From the human T2T-CHM13v2.0 reference genome, Homo sapiens, in assembly GCF_009914755.1 (NCBI RefSeq), contig NC_060939.1: DNA of 64,000 nt; one strand, given 5' to 3'. Under the pieces are notes generated by a model. That model made no database searches. It was not told the origin of the DNA and saw only the letters and a list, made by a program, of their open reading frames with translations. A program made the position numbers and the translations under genes. This document shows positions 45,493 through 59,629 of the stretch, in pieces (the stretch's first letter is position 1; every line of letters starts with the position of its first letter).

Positions 45493-47516
45493 GCCCAATG
45501 ATCCATTCTTCTAGGAAGACCTGAAAAAAGACTCTAGTTTCATTTTCTAGATTCTTTATAAACTTGAGGGAACCTTTCTGTCTTCAAAAAGGAAAGAAAA
45601 TTGGAAAGTTTTAAAAAAATTTACTTTTGGCACCAGGAAGATCTTGATCTCAAGTTTGAGACAATCAGATGAATTCCTAATAAGTAGAAGATTTCTGTGG
45701 GAAAATTTGACACAAAGGAGAGAAATCAGTGGCCCTTAGAAGGTATGTGTTCTAGTCCTGCCATCTCACCTGCTGCAACCATGGGTCACTTACAGGCCTT
45801 AGTTTTTTCCTCTTATGAAATAACTAATTGATTTCTAGAATCCTTTCAGGTCTTAATTTCTTGATTCCATGAAAATTAAGATGGGTGAAAATATAGCACA
45901 AAGCAGATCAAATTTTGAAACACTCTCCATTTAGCTATATAGTTTCTGCCAAAAATTATATATGCTAGCATTTTTTTTAAAAGTCTGTTGGCTTTTTAAA
46001 AAGCCTCCTTAATTAAATGTAGCTTGTAGGAGGAGGCAAGAGTTGTGCTATTTTAAACCAAAAGGATTTAAGTGTGTTGCAATACATTTAAAGAAAAGTA
46101 TAAGACAACGTTTAGTTATTAGAAGGTGCCTGTATTTTCTGTGTAACAGGCAGATACGAGGATGAAAAGTGTCACCTTGATTCTCTTTATTTGGGGTAGA
46201 AGCAGGTACACTGCACTCAGCAAGTGCCCAAGTCACATAAATCTATTTCATTTCATCCTCTAGATATGTATCACTTAACTCAAAATTTAACTCTTCTTAA
46301 GAACTATTATAATGCCTTTTTTGTTTGATCTATGAATTGCTATTCTCAAATGCTACTTATGGCTTTACAGCTGTCTGGATAGTTTAAATGATGAGGTTGA
46401 TTTCTGATTGACAATGGCTTAAGATTAGTAATATCTTAAAATAGTCTAACCCATCTCTTCAACTAAAAAATATACATATCAAAGAAAACTAATAAAAATT
46501 ATGTAAAATAATGAATGGCTTTTCTGTTTATCAAAATTTACTAAAGTATGGCAAAGGAATCATTAGGAGTTGAACAAAAAAAGAATCTCACATGTTAATA
46601 CACTTAAAATCTGTTTTTTTCAAACAAATACTCTGCTGTCTGATTATCATCTCATGATATAATTGGTGCAAAGTGCAAAAAGTTCTCTGAATAAAGATTT
46701 TTAAGTTCTGCTAATAGACATTATAGCTCATGTGTGTGTGAGTGTGTGATGTGGAGGCTCAAATTTTAATGTAATATATGACTCATGTAATGCTAAAGGA
46801 TTATATATAAAGTGTGACTATAAAATAATCTTTCTGATTTCTAAACAAATATTTCAGTATTTGTACATCCAACAGAGTAATATCCTTTACAAAGTAAATG
46901 TCCATGTTGCCATGTTATAAATATTTCTGAAACTTACTCATTCACTCAACAAACATTTATGGAATGATTATGAGATAGGTCAGACACTATGCTAGGTGCT
47001 GTGAAAGCAAAGGGAAACAGAGATGTTTTCTATGCTCAGGAAGCTCAGAGTCTATTATGGAAGCCAGTAATTCAAACAGAAAAATTGCTAAAAATATGAC
47101 ATAGTGAAGACCATAAAAGATGTCGGCCAAATTGTGGTACACAGAGAGCAGAACCATAACGTCTGTCTGGGTAATCAGGAAAGGCTACTCTTGAGGATGT
47201 GACATATGACTCTGGTCTCAAAGGCTGAGCAGGACTTAACCAGGAGAAGCAGGATGACCAAACAGAAGGAGCAGTTATGACAAGACCTGGCATGTTGGAG
47301 GAATGAAAACCACACTTGGAGTTAATCATGATAGATTCTTTTGAACATCCTCAGTGATGGGGAATCTTCACTGTTTGAACCAAGCAAGAATTAGATGCAG
47401 AATGACAATGAGAGAAAATGATTAACCGTTCACACAGGTTTGAAGGCTATTCCAAAGACTGTCTCAAAATCCCTTAAGCAGTGAGAACATTGAAATAAGC
47501 TTAAAATTTGGCTTTA

Positions 47517-47971
<455 letters not shown>

Positions 47972-48215
47972 TCATCATCATCATATAGAAATCATGAGAT
48001 GTTTTTAAAAATCTTATTTCTTTATCATCATAATTCATATTTTTCTTTTTTACTTCTCTATTTTTCCTCCATTAGACTGTAAGTTCTTTGAGGACAGACT
48101 CTATCATACTCATCTTAGTATCCCTAATACTAAGAATAATGATAGTGACTAATAACTAAGTCGCATGAAGCATTTTTACTATGCGTCAGTAACTTTTCTA
48201 AGTGTAATATACTTA

Positions 48216-48280
48216 TTAGGTTGATGCAAAGGCATTTGCAGTTCCTGCCATTAAAAGTAATTGCCTTTGGACCAACCTAA
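48216..48280. mobile_element. MADE1 mariner MITE (internally deleted) within a MIR
   Basis: TA-flanked TTAGGTTG...CAACCTAA terminal inverted repeats. Confidence 0.8.
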
Positions 48281-48741
48281 TAGCTCATTCAATCCTTATA
48301 AACCATGTCAGATAGATGCTATTATCTTTCTAATTTAACAGATGGGAAAGCACAGGCATACAGAGGTTCAGAAACTTGCCCAATATCATATGATTAATAA
48401 GTAGAAGAGCTAAGATTTGAACCCAAGAAGCTTGACTCCAGAATCCACATTCTTAACTCCTATGCTATACTGCCTAGCACATTGTCTGGCATATAGAAGA
48501 TATTCATTAGATGCTTACAGAGTAAAATCTGTAAATTATTACTACCCATGAAAAGAACATTTTTCCTCATTTAAAAATGTAAATTTCTACTCAAAAGAGG
48601 TTAGGTTTGCCAAAAGTCATATTTTGTTATTATCCCTAATATTTGCATGCAAACCTCTATTAGGCCACTTATATAGCCTAGTCTTTAAGCCAAGACTCAA
48701 ACCAAGACTCAGTGACCGTCTTGAAAAAAAGGTTTAAATAC

Positions 48742-48835
48742 CTTCTAGTTCGCCAATTTTTTTGGCAAATACTTTCAGTTGTTTTTTCAGTTTACGGACC
48801 GTCTTATCCTGTTTTTCAAGTTGTTCCATCAAATC
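48742..48835 (-). CDS. MYO5A: Myosin Va exon (DLMEQLEK...KIGELE, 94 nt)
   Basis: tttag|GAT...GAA G|gtattt. Confidence 0.96.
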
Positions 48836-50088
48836 CTAAAGATCAAAAAGAGAAATATATTAGAAAAATCGAAACAGGCCTTCTAAAATGCATCAAAGGA
48901 AAATAGACACAATATCACAGAAACAACACGTTAGTTTTACATAAGAGCTCATTGGTGGAGCCACCACCTGGCTAAAATTGGCAGGCATGGGAAATGCAGC
49001 TACAATAAAAGCCATATGTTAAAATATACAACGCAGTAAACTCCTTTACAGCGTGATGGACAGCAGGCTCACTGCAGAGTCTTTCCAGTAGACTCCATGT
49101 GGGAAAATCAACTGAATGCTTTGTAGAATGTATTGGTATTCCAGTAGAATGCTTTCTTTTAAAGGAGGACTGACTAGGCAAAAATAAATTTTGATGAATG
49201 CACAAAAAGGTTTGTGGAAAGAATGGTTGAACTTAGGTAGGAACTGACACTCCCCATGTGTGAAGCACTGTCTCTATGAGAGCCACCCTATGAAATTCTA
49301 AAATTAGCCCTGAAACTTAAGAATAGTTCAGAAGTTTTGGGAATTAAAAGATAAGTTGAAAAAAATAATCACAAAGAACAGGATAAAGAGTGGTCTGCTT
49401 ACCTAGGACCAAAGTGGCAAGTGGCATAAGGCATCTATAAAATCTTGCAGGTGATATAATTTTGCTTATACAGAAGAAAGGGGTATTTATGAATGCTTTA
49501 TGCAAAAACAGAAACAAAAGCAGTACACTTAAGGAGGAAGGTAAAAAAAAGTCCATGATTATTGGCTATTTAATAAAGAATTTGCTCAAATGACAGACAT
49601 GGTTAAAAACTCAATCAAAAAGAAAGTGGACAACAGTAGGCTCAGTAACAGCTTAGAAGGGCTATGAGTCAGCAATGTGTGTGGTCTGTTATTCAGGTTA
49701 TGGAGAAGAAAGGCATTCCAAATACAAATATTCATTTTCCAGTTTAGACAGGAGTAGATTTAGCTACTAGGCCAACCATTAAAGGGAACAGTTGCTATCT
49801 CTTCAAAGTGTTAAGTTGTACTTCTTGGATTTTACGTGACCTTTCAAATCACATTTTGCTTCCATCACACTGTAAGCCTAGTGTTAATAACAAACCAAAC
49901 GTGACAATGGACTCAGGACACTGACAGAGGTGACACCACTGGCTAAAAGACAGCTGTGGGGAGAAACAGGTTTCGTGAAAATTTTGAAGAGACTTCCTGG
50001 GAGGGGGCAGGCAGCAGTGTGCTCTTCAGTTACAGAGGGCTATAAGTAGCAAGGGAAGACAGCAGAAAAGCACTATGGTTTTACATAC

Positions 50089-50163
50089 AATCATCCGTTT
50101 GTAAAGGGAAATCCGATATGATTGATACTTCTTAGGGTCATCTGCATATAATTCCTCAAAATA
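50089..50163 (-). CDS. MYO5A: Myosin Va alternative exon F ([25 protein letters not shown], 75 nt)
   Basis: ttttcag|TAT...ATT|gtatgt; phase 0-0; known melanocyte exon that binds melanophilin. Confidence 0.95.
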
Positions 50164-52474
50164 CTGAAAAAACAGGCACAATGGATATTTGTTTTTGTCT
50201 GTGTGTTTGAGGGAAATGCTATCTTTCAGCAAAATCAATTTTAAAATATTTTAAAATACAAATAGTGAAACTATATATACTTGAAAGGCTCTGATTTGTC
50301 ACCTTCCATTACCCTTTTATCTTTCTAGTATAGATTATTCTAATTACATATGTACAGATGTTTCTTGTGTGAACAAAGGAAAGAGGCTGTGGCCAGGATG
50401 CCATCACTTAGCAGGCCCAGATAAGGCTGTCATTTCCCTCCTCCAACCTCCTGCCTTTTTACTCCCAGCCTCCCCAACACATGATGCTCACAACTTGCTG
50501 CACTTTTTTTTTTTTTTTTTTGCCGCCAGCAGCAGTGGCAAGAATAGGGGAGGTAAATATAATAAAAGTGAGAATAATAGCAATGTTAGCTTGTGAAGCT
50601 GGAGAGGCTGGTGGGAAGCTGTGCATCTTCCTTCGCTGAAAGACAGCACGGGGGAGGCCTGTGAAGCCTGTTCACTAGATGAGGTAGAAAAATCATTTTT
50701 GTGTTTTGTGTTGGTGGTAGGTAGGTGGGCAAGGTAGAGTTTCAAGAGCACTAAGCCCAGGTCTCCTGCTGGGCTTTAATATCCTACTCAAGTGTTTCTT
50801 ATAGAAATGCACAATTAAGATTGAGAAAACAATGATTTTGAAAAAGTCTATCATTTCCTGTACTTATGTTTGAATCCATCCTCCTGAATTAGTAGTCAGT
50901 GTGATGGCAGGAGAAGCAGCTGACCTACAAAAGGTTTTCCCCAAACTCAAATTCATTAACTGGGCTCTATTAGCTTAGAATATAGGGGCTTAGTCTATTT
51001 TTTGTATTAGCTATGAAAAATTGCCAAAAAAATTAATATTGCAAACAAGGTTGCAAGAGAAATGTCTGACCAACTTAGTGAAAAAACCCTGGAAATCTGC
51101 CACCCAGAAGCATCTTTATTTCACGATTTCACCTTGTATTTTAAAACAATAATTTAAAGCACAGAACTTGTATGCCAATCAATCAACTTATTATATTATT
51201 CAGTATATTTGGTAATACTTAGTCATCAAAGCATTGTTAGTTTAATTTAAGCAACAGTATACTTGAGCTTTGTAAAATAACACTTCAAAAAATATTTCAT
51301 GATTCAGAAAATTTTCCCCACAAATTAGTGAGATGTCAATCACTTTGGAAAGAGCCCACACACTGCCCCCACCCTCCTCCCTCATTCCCATGGTGGAGCC
51401 TCATACAGACAGACTGTGAAAAAGAATACCTTTGCGTGTTGCTTCTAATTCATATAAAAGATGGTTGAATAAATGACACTAGAAAACTGTTTGTAATGTA
51501 AATTATCACAAATGGAGTAATGGAGGGATAATTCAGATTGTTAAATCTTCAGAGAAAATTCATACTATTTTATTATAGGTCATTAAAAATGTTAATTTAA
51601 AAAAGACACAAATCACCACCAATCCTAAACAATTTTTCTCAAAATCGGGCTAGCACTACAATATAGACTTTATATAGAAATATGAAATTATCACTTTTTA
51701 AGGATTTTTAATATAGTAAATATATTTGTCAAAAAACTGTAAATCAGTAATAAAAGTTATTATGTGACTGAGAAATATTTTAGAAAATTTTTTTGGCAAA
51801 AGAAAAAAAAAAAGGAACAAGGCAAAAAAAAGAAAAGAAAACAGTCAGACTCCATGCCAGGGTTTAGAATCTGACAAGGAAAAAGACAATTTCCTCACTT
51901 GTTATACAAGTTCTGTTTAAAAGAACAGAAAATATGTAAACCTGAATCCTAACACACACCTCCCTGACCTGGGAGCTCCATCCAACATCAACCAAAAACC
52001 CCGGCTTAGTTTTGCCAACCGCCTTTCTCAACCTCAACTCTAACCCTACTTGTCTGCTAGAGGTGGAGCCTGGGATGGCCTCAGTGGCTGCTTGGGGACC
52101 AAAGGTAAAGGAAGCCTGTCCCCAGTCTCAGTTGTGACAATCACATAATAAACCTAGGATGGCAGAGGATCTGCAGCTGAAATGGAGGAAGCAGATCACC
52201 TGCCATCAAAAGCCCAGCCTGCACCCAGGTGGTTGTCTGCCTCCAGGGCAGGTCTAAGAGCACGCAGCCCTCCGTGATAAAGAGAACCTGTGCCTTCTTC
52301 CTTCCTACCAAAATATTTGTATTTTCCTTACTCTGTCTCTGCTGGAGTAAGAGGGGTAACAAGTACAGAGGGGTGAGTTTTTCCCAGCAAGAAAAACCCG
52401 TGTTTGATCAAAAAGAAACTAGACTGTCGGGCAGGCTAGGTTAAGAAGCATGTGGACCCGGCAGCTCTCCTTAC

Positions 52475-52673
52475 CAAGTTTTCGTTGGTCAGCCGGGTGA
52501 TCTCGTGCTGCAGGCTGGCCTCAATGCGGGCCTCTGGGGGCAGCTGCAGGTTCTGGGCCAGCAGCTGCTGCTGTCGGTTGTTCTCCTCCTTCAGGCTCTG
52601 GATCTCCCCACGGAGGGCCTCGGCCTCATTCTCATGGCTCCTCTTCTGTGACTGCAGCTGGGATTCCAGGAGC
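52475..52673 (-). CDS. MYO5A: Myosin Va exon E (LLESQLQ...LTNENL, 199 nt)
   Basis: ccgcag|G CTC...TTG|gtaagg; coiled-coil sequence visible in ORF 52436..52690. Confidence 0.97.
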
Positions 52674-52943
52674 CTGCGGAGAGGACACATGGGTCGGAAG
52701 GGGAGACGACACCCCGAGTTGCTGCCTAACGGGTGTAAGGCATCGTGTTCACTTGCAAGAGTAGGAAAAGCAGATATTCTTTAGTATCTGTGTTATCTTC
52801 TGACTTGATTAAAGTCAAGAAACTAAAACAAGAAGCAGAAATAGAAACGGGTGCTCTCACATTTGTGTCTTTCTGCATTATATAAAGTTCTCAGAGGCCC
52901 TAAGAAACAGGAGAGTTTTAGTTCTCTTGAAAGGTTCATAGGA

Positions 52944-53249
<306 letters not shown>

Positions 53250-54359
53250 TCATAGGAAATGAGGATGTAAAAAAAAAAATCAATTGAAAAAAACAGCTTT
53301 AATTTGCCTTGCATTTGCATTTATAAATTAGCATTTAAATTGGCAAAGACAGTACACCTTTGCCACAAAACAACTCTGCACTATAAAGGCCAACATTATA
53401 AACTTCCAAATTAACTAAATGTGCCTTCAGAACTACAGTTACTAATTCCAGGCAGAGGGAATTATATTCTACTCCTATTCTGAAAGACAGAAAGGCTGGA
53501 ACACCACTCCAGCCTTATATATACAGATTTACCCGAATCCACACAAATAGTTCTGAAATTTCCTATATATATTTTAGATCTGTCATCTTCTCTCTCCGCA
53601 TAAACTTACATATCAGAAACAGAATCCTAACAAGATGTGGTTTTAGAACACAAATATTAATAGGACCAAAAAAGTGGTTATTGCTTTTCCAAGCAAACAT
53701 ACAGCCAGCTGTGCCCACAGAGCAGACCAGGCATTGGCAGTGAGAACACCAGAGTCAGAGCATCCTCCCTTTGCCACGCACCCCTGCTTCTACAGTCACT
53801 CTCTTCCAAATGCAAAGTTATGGTTAAGAACTAACTAATGTGAAGAAAGAAAAGACATTCTTTTATTCCAGTCCCTTGGTTGCCAACTGCTGGGTAAAAC
53901 TTAATGATGCCATTGCAAGCAAACTGTTAACAGTGGACTAAAAATATTTAGTGATTAAAACATTTCAAAAAGATCTGCAGCAATAACACCCCAAAGTTAA
54001 TGACAAGCGTTAATGATGAGAACAAACAAAGCAGAATAAGCAGAAGCCCCTTGAACAAACATTTGAGTGTTTTAAAAATTTAATCACTAAAATAGAATTT
54101 TAATGAGATTTTAAAGACAAATATCACTAGAGCAGATGAATGTCTGTGTTAGAAAGGTGCTGCTGTTTCAATTTTATTTTCTCTCCTCTGAACATATTTA
54201 ACGGGTTGAATTTGGGTAATTATTCTGAGCTATAGCAATGCAGAAAACTCTCCTGATTTGCTGTTTCACAAATGTGAATTTCATAATAACCACACAGAGT
54301 GCCAAATCATGCATTTCATCTTGCTTTTAGACAGCATGATAATAATATATAAGAAGGTA

Positions 54360-54660
54360 GGCTGGGCGCAGTACCTCAAATCTGTAATCCCAACACTTTG
54401 GGAGGCCGAGGCAGGATTGTTTGAGCCCAGGAGTTTGACACCAGCCTGGGCAACCAAGTGAAACCCTGTCTCTACAAAAAATAAAAAAATTAGCTGAGTG
54501 TGGTGGCACATGCTTGTGACAGTCCCAGTTACTCAGGAGGCTGAGGCAGGAGGATCGTTTGAGCCCAGGAGGTCAAGGCTGAATTAAGCCGTGATCATGC
54601 TACTGCACTCAAGCCTGGGTGACAGAGCAAGACCCTGTGTCAAAAAAAAGAAAAGAAAAA
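54360..54660 (+). mobile_element. AluJ
   Basis: Diverged Alu. Confidence 0.88.
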
Positions 54661-54915
54661 TGTAGCCACATTGCCATAGACACATATATCCTGTAGATCT
54701 ATCTATAGGATATGAGAAGCCACTGTCTCAGTAATAAATCTTAATCTCTCCCCCAATAGTTTGTGCCCTAATTGAAAGATTATGTTTTTCTTTTAACTCC
54801 TGGGAGAGAGAGATTCACAAATTTTAGTGTCTGAAGGGAAGTGTCTTATATTCACCACCATTCAATTTTAGCTTTAATAGTATCTTGTAGTGAAGGTTTT
54901 TAAAGAAGGTGTTTG

Positions 54916-55235
<320 letters not shown>

Positions 55236-55399
55236 TCAGTTTTACTGAAAAGCTTTGAACAAATAACACAATTACTAACACTAATTTACCCAAGAAGACA
55301 ATCAATGCACAAGAAATACAGGGGTGAAAGTCAGGAGGTCACTGTTAGTAAGAAAAACAACAAATTAATAACATTCCATTTTGAGGAGACAAATATAAC

Positions 55400-55480
55400 C
55401 TGTTGGCTTGTTTTAACCCTTCATAAACCAGCCACAGCTCTCCATCCTCATTCAACTCATGGTAATCCAGAGCAGATGAT
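55400..55480 (-). CDS. MYO5A: Myosin Va alternative exon D (SSALDYHELNEDGELWLVYEGLKQAN-R, 81 nt)
   Basis: tgcatggaag|A TCA...AAC AG|gttata; symmetric phase 2-2; known Rab10-interacting exon. Confidence 0.94.
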
Positions 55481-56169
55481 CTTCCATGCAAAAGGAACAA
55501 CAATGCAAAACACAAAAGGATACAGGATGCTGATGAGGTGACGATGGTCAACAGCAGCATGCAGTATTTCAACATTTTATAAGTTTGTTTTTATTCATTA
55601 TGACAACTTTAAGACATTACCACAAAAATTATTTTTGGTTAATTTTTAAAAATGAGTAACATGTAGCATCACATGTAAATGGATAGAAATTAAAGCAAAA
55701 TAATCAAGGATGTAGAGCTACTTTACCTGCAAAATAAGAAATGACTGGAAGGTGAGAAAGAGGTTCTGTTTTTGATGTTTTATTCAGCTAGCAAAGTGAT
55801 CTAATACATCACATATTGTATTAGAGGTTATGACACATATAGAACAAAAACTTCAGCTACTGTCTTTGTGTGGCAAACTTCATAATATTTTTCAAGATGA
55901 ATTTTTAAGTCCTCTAGGTAGGAACGTTTTTAGCTTAATAAAACCTAATTTCCCACATTAAAAAACCAGTTTTAAAAATTCTTATAGCAGTAACATAAAT
56001 CAGAACATGTCCAAGGTTCTCAGCTTTTATGACATGATTTTTAAAAGCTTTTTTGTGTCAAAAATTAATTGTATGCCTGGAAAAACTGCTATATTAGAGA
56101 TGTATCACATCTTATTAAAAACGTATAATTAGTAATGATAATGTTAGTAATCATTTATTTTCCACTTAG

Positions 56170-57190
56170 AATATAAAAATAATATTTTTTGAGTGTTTGC
56201 TCAGTGTCAGATGCTGTTCTACATTCTTTCCACATGTACTAATTCAGTTTCCCCAGTAACCCAACAAGTCATTTGCCACATTGCAGAGGAAGACGCAGAG
56301 GCTTGGAAGTAAGATACCCATAGAGGTTACACAGCTGGTAAGTAGTGGATCCCAGCACTGACTCTGGAGTCCAGGTTCTTACTCCTGCTATATTGTTGTT
56401 ATGTTTACATAACCCAAATTCCAGGCATTGTCTTCTACTTTACATCTAGAGAGTTCATATCTCTCTAGAGAATTCACCTATTTACACGGTTTCCATTGTA
56501 TTATTATACTCTGATGACTTCAAAATTTCTATCTCAGTACACACATCTCTCCTGTCTACAGATTTATATACTCAACTGCCTAATAGATTTCTTTCTCTGG
56601 ATGTTTTCCTGGCTCCTTAAATCCATATGTATAAATCTACTGATCATCTTCACTGTGCATTTCCCCACACTCCAGTCCCACGATCACAAAACGGTATCAC
56701 CACACCTAACCAAGATAGCAGAAACCACGGAGTCACCTTCAGGCTTCTCCATCCCTCGCCCACACATTCAATAAACCAAACAGCTTTCTGACTTCGTCTT
56801 CTTATGTATCTTTCAAAACGTCCCATTTCTGTCAATCCTAACTGCCACCAGCCAAGCCCAAGTCACCATAATCACTGGGTTACAGGAATACTCTCTGGCC
56901 TTTATGCTTCCAATTTTGTTCTACTGCAGTCTATTCTCTAACATAACAGCCAGGGCTAGCTTTCCAAAAATCAAATCTCATCACACCATTCTCCTACTTA
57001 ACACCTTTCAGAGGATTCCATTATCTTTGGAATAAAGTCCAAACCCTCTCAGCTGTCTCCCCAGCAGCCTATAATCTCAGTGAGAGTAGGAACCGCATTT
57101 ATCTTGCTTATTACTGTATTCCCAGTATGTGGCACAAGGCCTGGCATGAAGTAGGCACACTGGTGATAGAATAGCTAAGTGGATGGAAGA
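56170..57190. mobile_element. MIR followed by L2 fragment
   Basis: MIR core at ~56170-56390 and L2 motifs at ~56420-57190. Confidence 0.6.
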
Positions 57191-57340
57191 ACATTGTGAT
57201 ACAATACAGTTCTTTCTATATTAACACATTCTTAGATATAACATATGTTTATAATTTAAACTGATAAATTAAAATTTAAGTATAACCAAATACTTTTATA
57301 AGCATTCTCCACCCTTGTCCATAAAAGAAGATAAGAAGCA

Positions 57341-58010
57341 CAGTCATCCTTCAATATCCATTGGGTTCCAGGTCCTCCCTTGGATAGCAAGATCCACAGA
57401 CGTTCGAATCCCTTATATAAAATTTGCATACTATTTGCATATAACCATGTACATCCTCCGTACACTTTAAATCATCTCTAGATTACTTATAATACCTAAA
57501 AACTTGTAATATGTAATCTCTAGACTACTTATAATACTCTGTAAATAACTGTTACACTGTATTGTTTAAGAAATAATGATAGGGCCGGGCGCAGTGGCTC
57601 ATGCCTGTAATCCTAGCACGTTGGGAGGCCGAAGCGGGTGGATCACCTGAGGCCTGGAGCTCGGGACGACCCTGGCCAACATGGTGAAACCCCATCTCTA
57701 CTAAAAAAAATACAAAAATTAGTCGGGTGTGGTGGTGGGCACCTATAATCCCAGCTACTCGAGAGGCTGAGGCAGGAGAATCGCTTGAACCTGGGGGGCG
57801 GAGGTTGCAGTGAGCTGAGATTGCTCCACTTCACTCCAGCCTAGGCGAAAGAGGGAAACTCCATTTCAAAAAAAAAAAAAAGAAAGATAAAGAAAAGAAA
57901 TAAGAAAAAAGTCTGTACATGTTCAGTACAAATGTAATTTAAAAAATATTTTCCATCCTCCATTGGTTGACTCCACAGATAGGGATCCAATGGATATTGA
58001 GGGCTGACTG
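57341..58010 (+). mobile_element. MER2 (TcMar-Tigger) interrupted by an AluS (~57582-57895)
   Basis: CAGTC...GACTG termini and MER2 internal motifs (tatttgcatataacc, aaatcatctctagattacttataatacc). Confidence 0.85.
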
Positions 58011-58643
58011 CACCTTTCTTTTTGTATGGCAATATTCTTCAGTTTATAAAGTATGTATGTTTACCAATCCTGAAACTATCCATCAAGAGCCCCAGACCAA
58101 TAGACTTTGCTGGGAAGGAGGGTGGTAGTAAGGCCAAGGGGAATTCCAGATATGAGCCTTCATTCTTCTATCCTAGAAGTCATGGTGCCCTTTTAGAGTT
58201 ACATGGCCAACACTGAGTGATTCCAGATACCTCATCACTTCTTTTCACTCTTAAGTTTCAAATATTGAAAACTGCAGTTGCCCCTACAAACCTTCACAAA
58301 TAACCATCCTGAATAACAAATGAAAGTGACTACCTAAGATTGTATGACCTGAGCAGGTAGTTTTCTTCTCAAGGCAGCCCCTTAAAGCTAAGACATTAAA
58401 TATTTTTAAAATCTTGCTTTGATTTAAAGCACATTTTCCCTGACACCTTTTGTCAATACTATTACCTTATATTATAATGAAGATCTTAACTAGAAATACA
58501 CTGGAAACCTTGGATTCCCTTTGAAGGCCAGTTAATGTCTAATATAAAGGAATGTATGAACACTTTTACTGTACAAGAGGCTGGCTTGAAGGCTAAAGAT
58601 CAATATAATTAAACCAAAATGAATAAAAGAAGGATCAACTTAC

Positions 58644-58744
58644 CTATTTGTTTCTTTCAAACCAATGTATGCTTGTGCTATTTCACCTTTATCTTTCATT
58701 TTTTGTACATCTTCCAAAAGTATTGTGGAATCTGTCATTGTATT
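58644..58744 (-). CDS. MYO5A: Myosin Va exon C (NTMTDST...GLKETN-R, 101 nt)
   Basis: ctctcag|AAT...AAT AG|gtaagt; phase 0-2. Confidence 0.96.
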
Positions 58745-59538
58745 CTGAGAGGGAAATAACACATTTACGCATTAAGATTCAACTCAAAAGCTTTGGACAT
58801 AAAACACATTTATTTGGTATAACTGGGGGGCAGTGGTTATGTGCTCCACCATACCTGTGACCCACCAAAGCATCAGCCCCAACCTCATGTAACTGCAGAG
58901 GGGAGTTTGGCCCAGGTAGTTGAGAAGAGGTACCTTCAGTTTTTCTCCTGAGAAACACTAGCACTCTGCTACAAAGGTGGGAAGATTCTACAATGTCACG
59001 GCCCTGTAAATAAAATCACTGATGGGCCATATATGTGTTTTACATTATGTGAAAAAATATATATATATATTTTATAAAGTATATAATATAGTATATACAG
59101 CATTAGAAAAATAACCAGGCACCTATTTAATGGAATGTACAAAGCCATTCTTTCTACTACTTCATGACTAGTTACAATGAGCAGATGCCCCAAAACACTG
59201 AAAGTCTGACATAAAGTTCACTTTTTCATTAAAAACTCAGAAAAAGAAGGTAGTATTCAGATTATATGCTTCAGCAAAATTAAGTTTTTTTTCTCACATT
59301 CAGTTCTCTTTTCCTCTAGTATAACATAACATAGTACTTAAGCTTTTGAAATAAACATCTGGCAGGTCAGAATTATTAATTATTTTATATAAGAATAACT
59401 TTTTTCCAACATTTTAATTTTCTTTTTAATTTTCTCCGTTTAGTCAAATCTGTCTGACAAGCAATGTAATTTCAAAATCTTCTCCTATTCAGCTACTCTA
59501 TCTTTCTAGACAAGAGTAAGAGATAAGAATCACTGCTG

Positions 59539-59629
59539 GCAAACCACAATGGAACATAGTTCCACACATGGAACTATGTAACAAACCTGTATATTCAGTA
59601 CATGTATCCCAAAACTTAAAGCAAAAAAA
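59539..59629 (+). mobile_element. Short L1P 3' end fragment with degenerate TSD
   Basis: tatgtaacaaacctg...catgtatcccaaaacttaaag; flanks AAGAATCACTGCTG / AAGAAACCCTGCTG. Confidence 0.7.

Noticed and set aside
52452-52784. Plus-strand ORFs antisense to MYO5A exons (also 31048-31428, 42615-42920, 55230-55541)
   Set aside because: Shadow frames of real exons with no independent support
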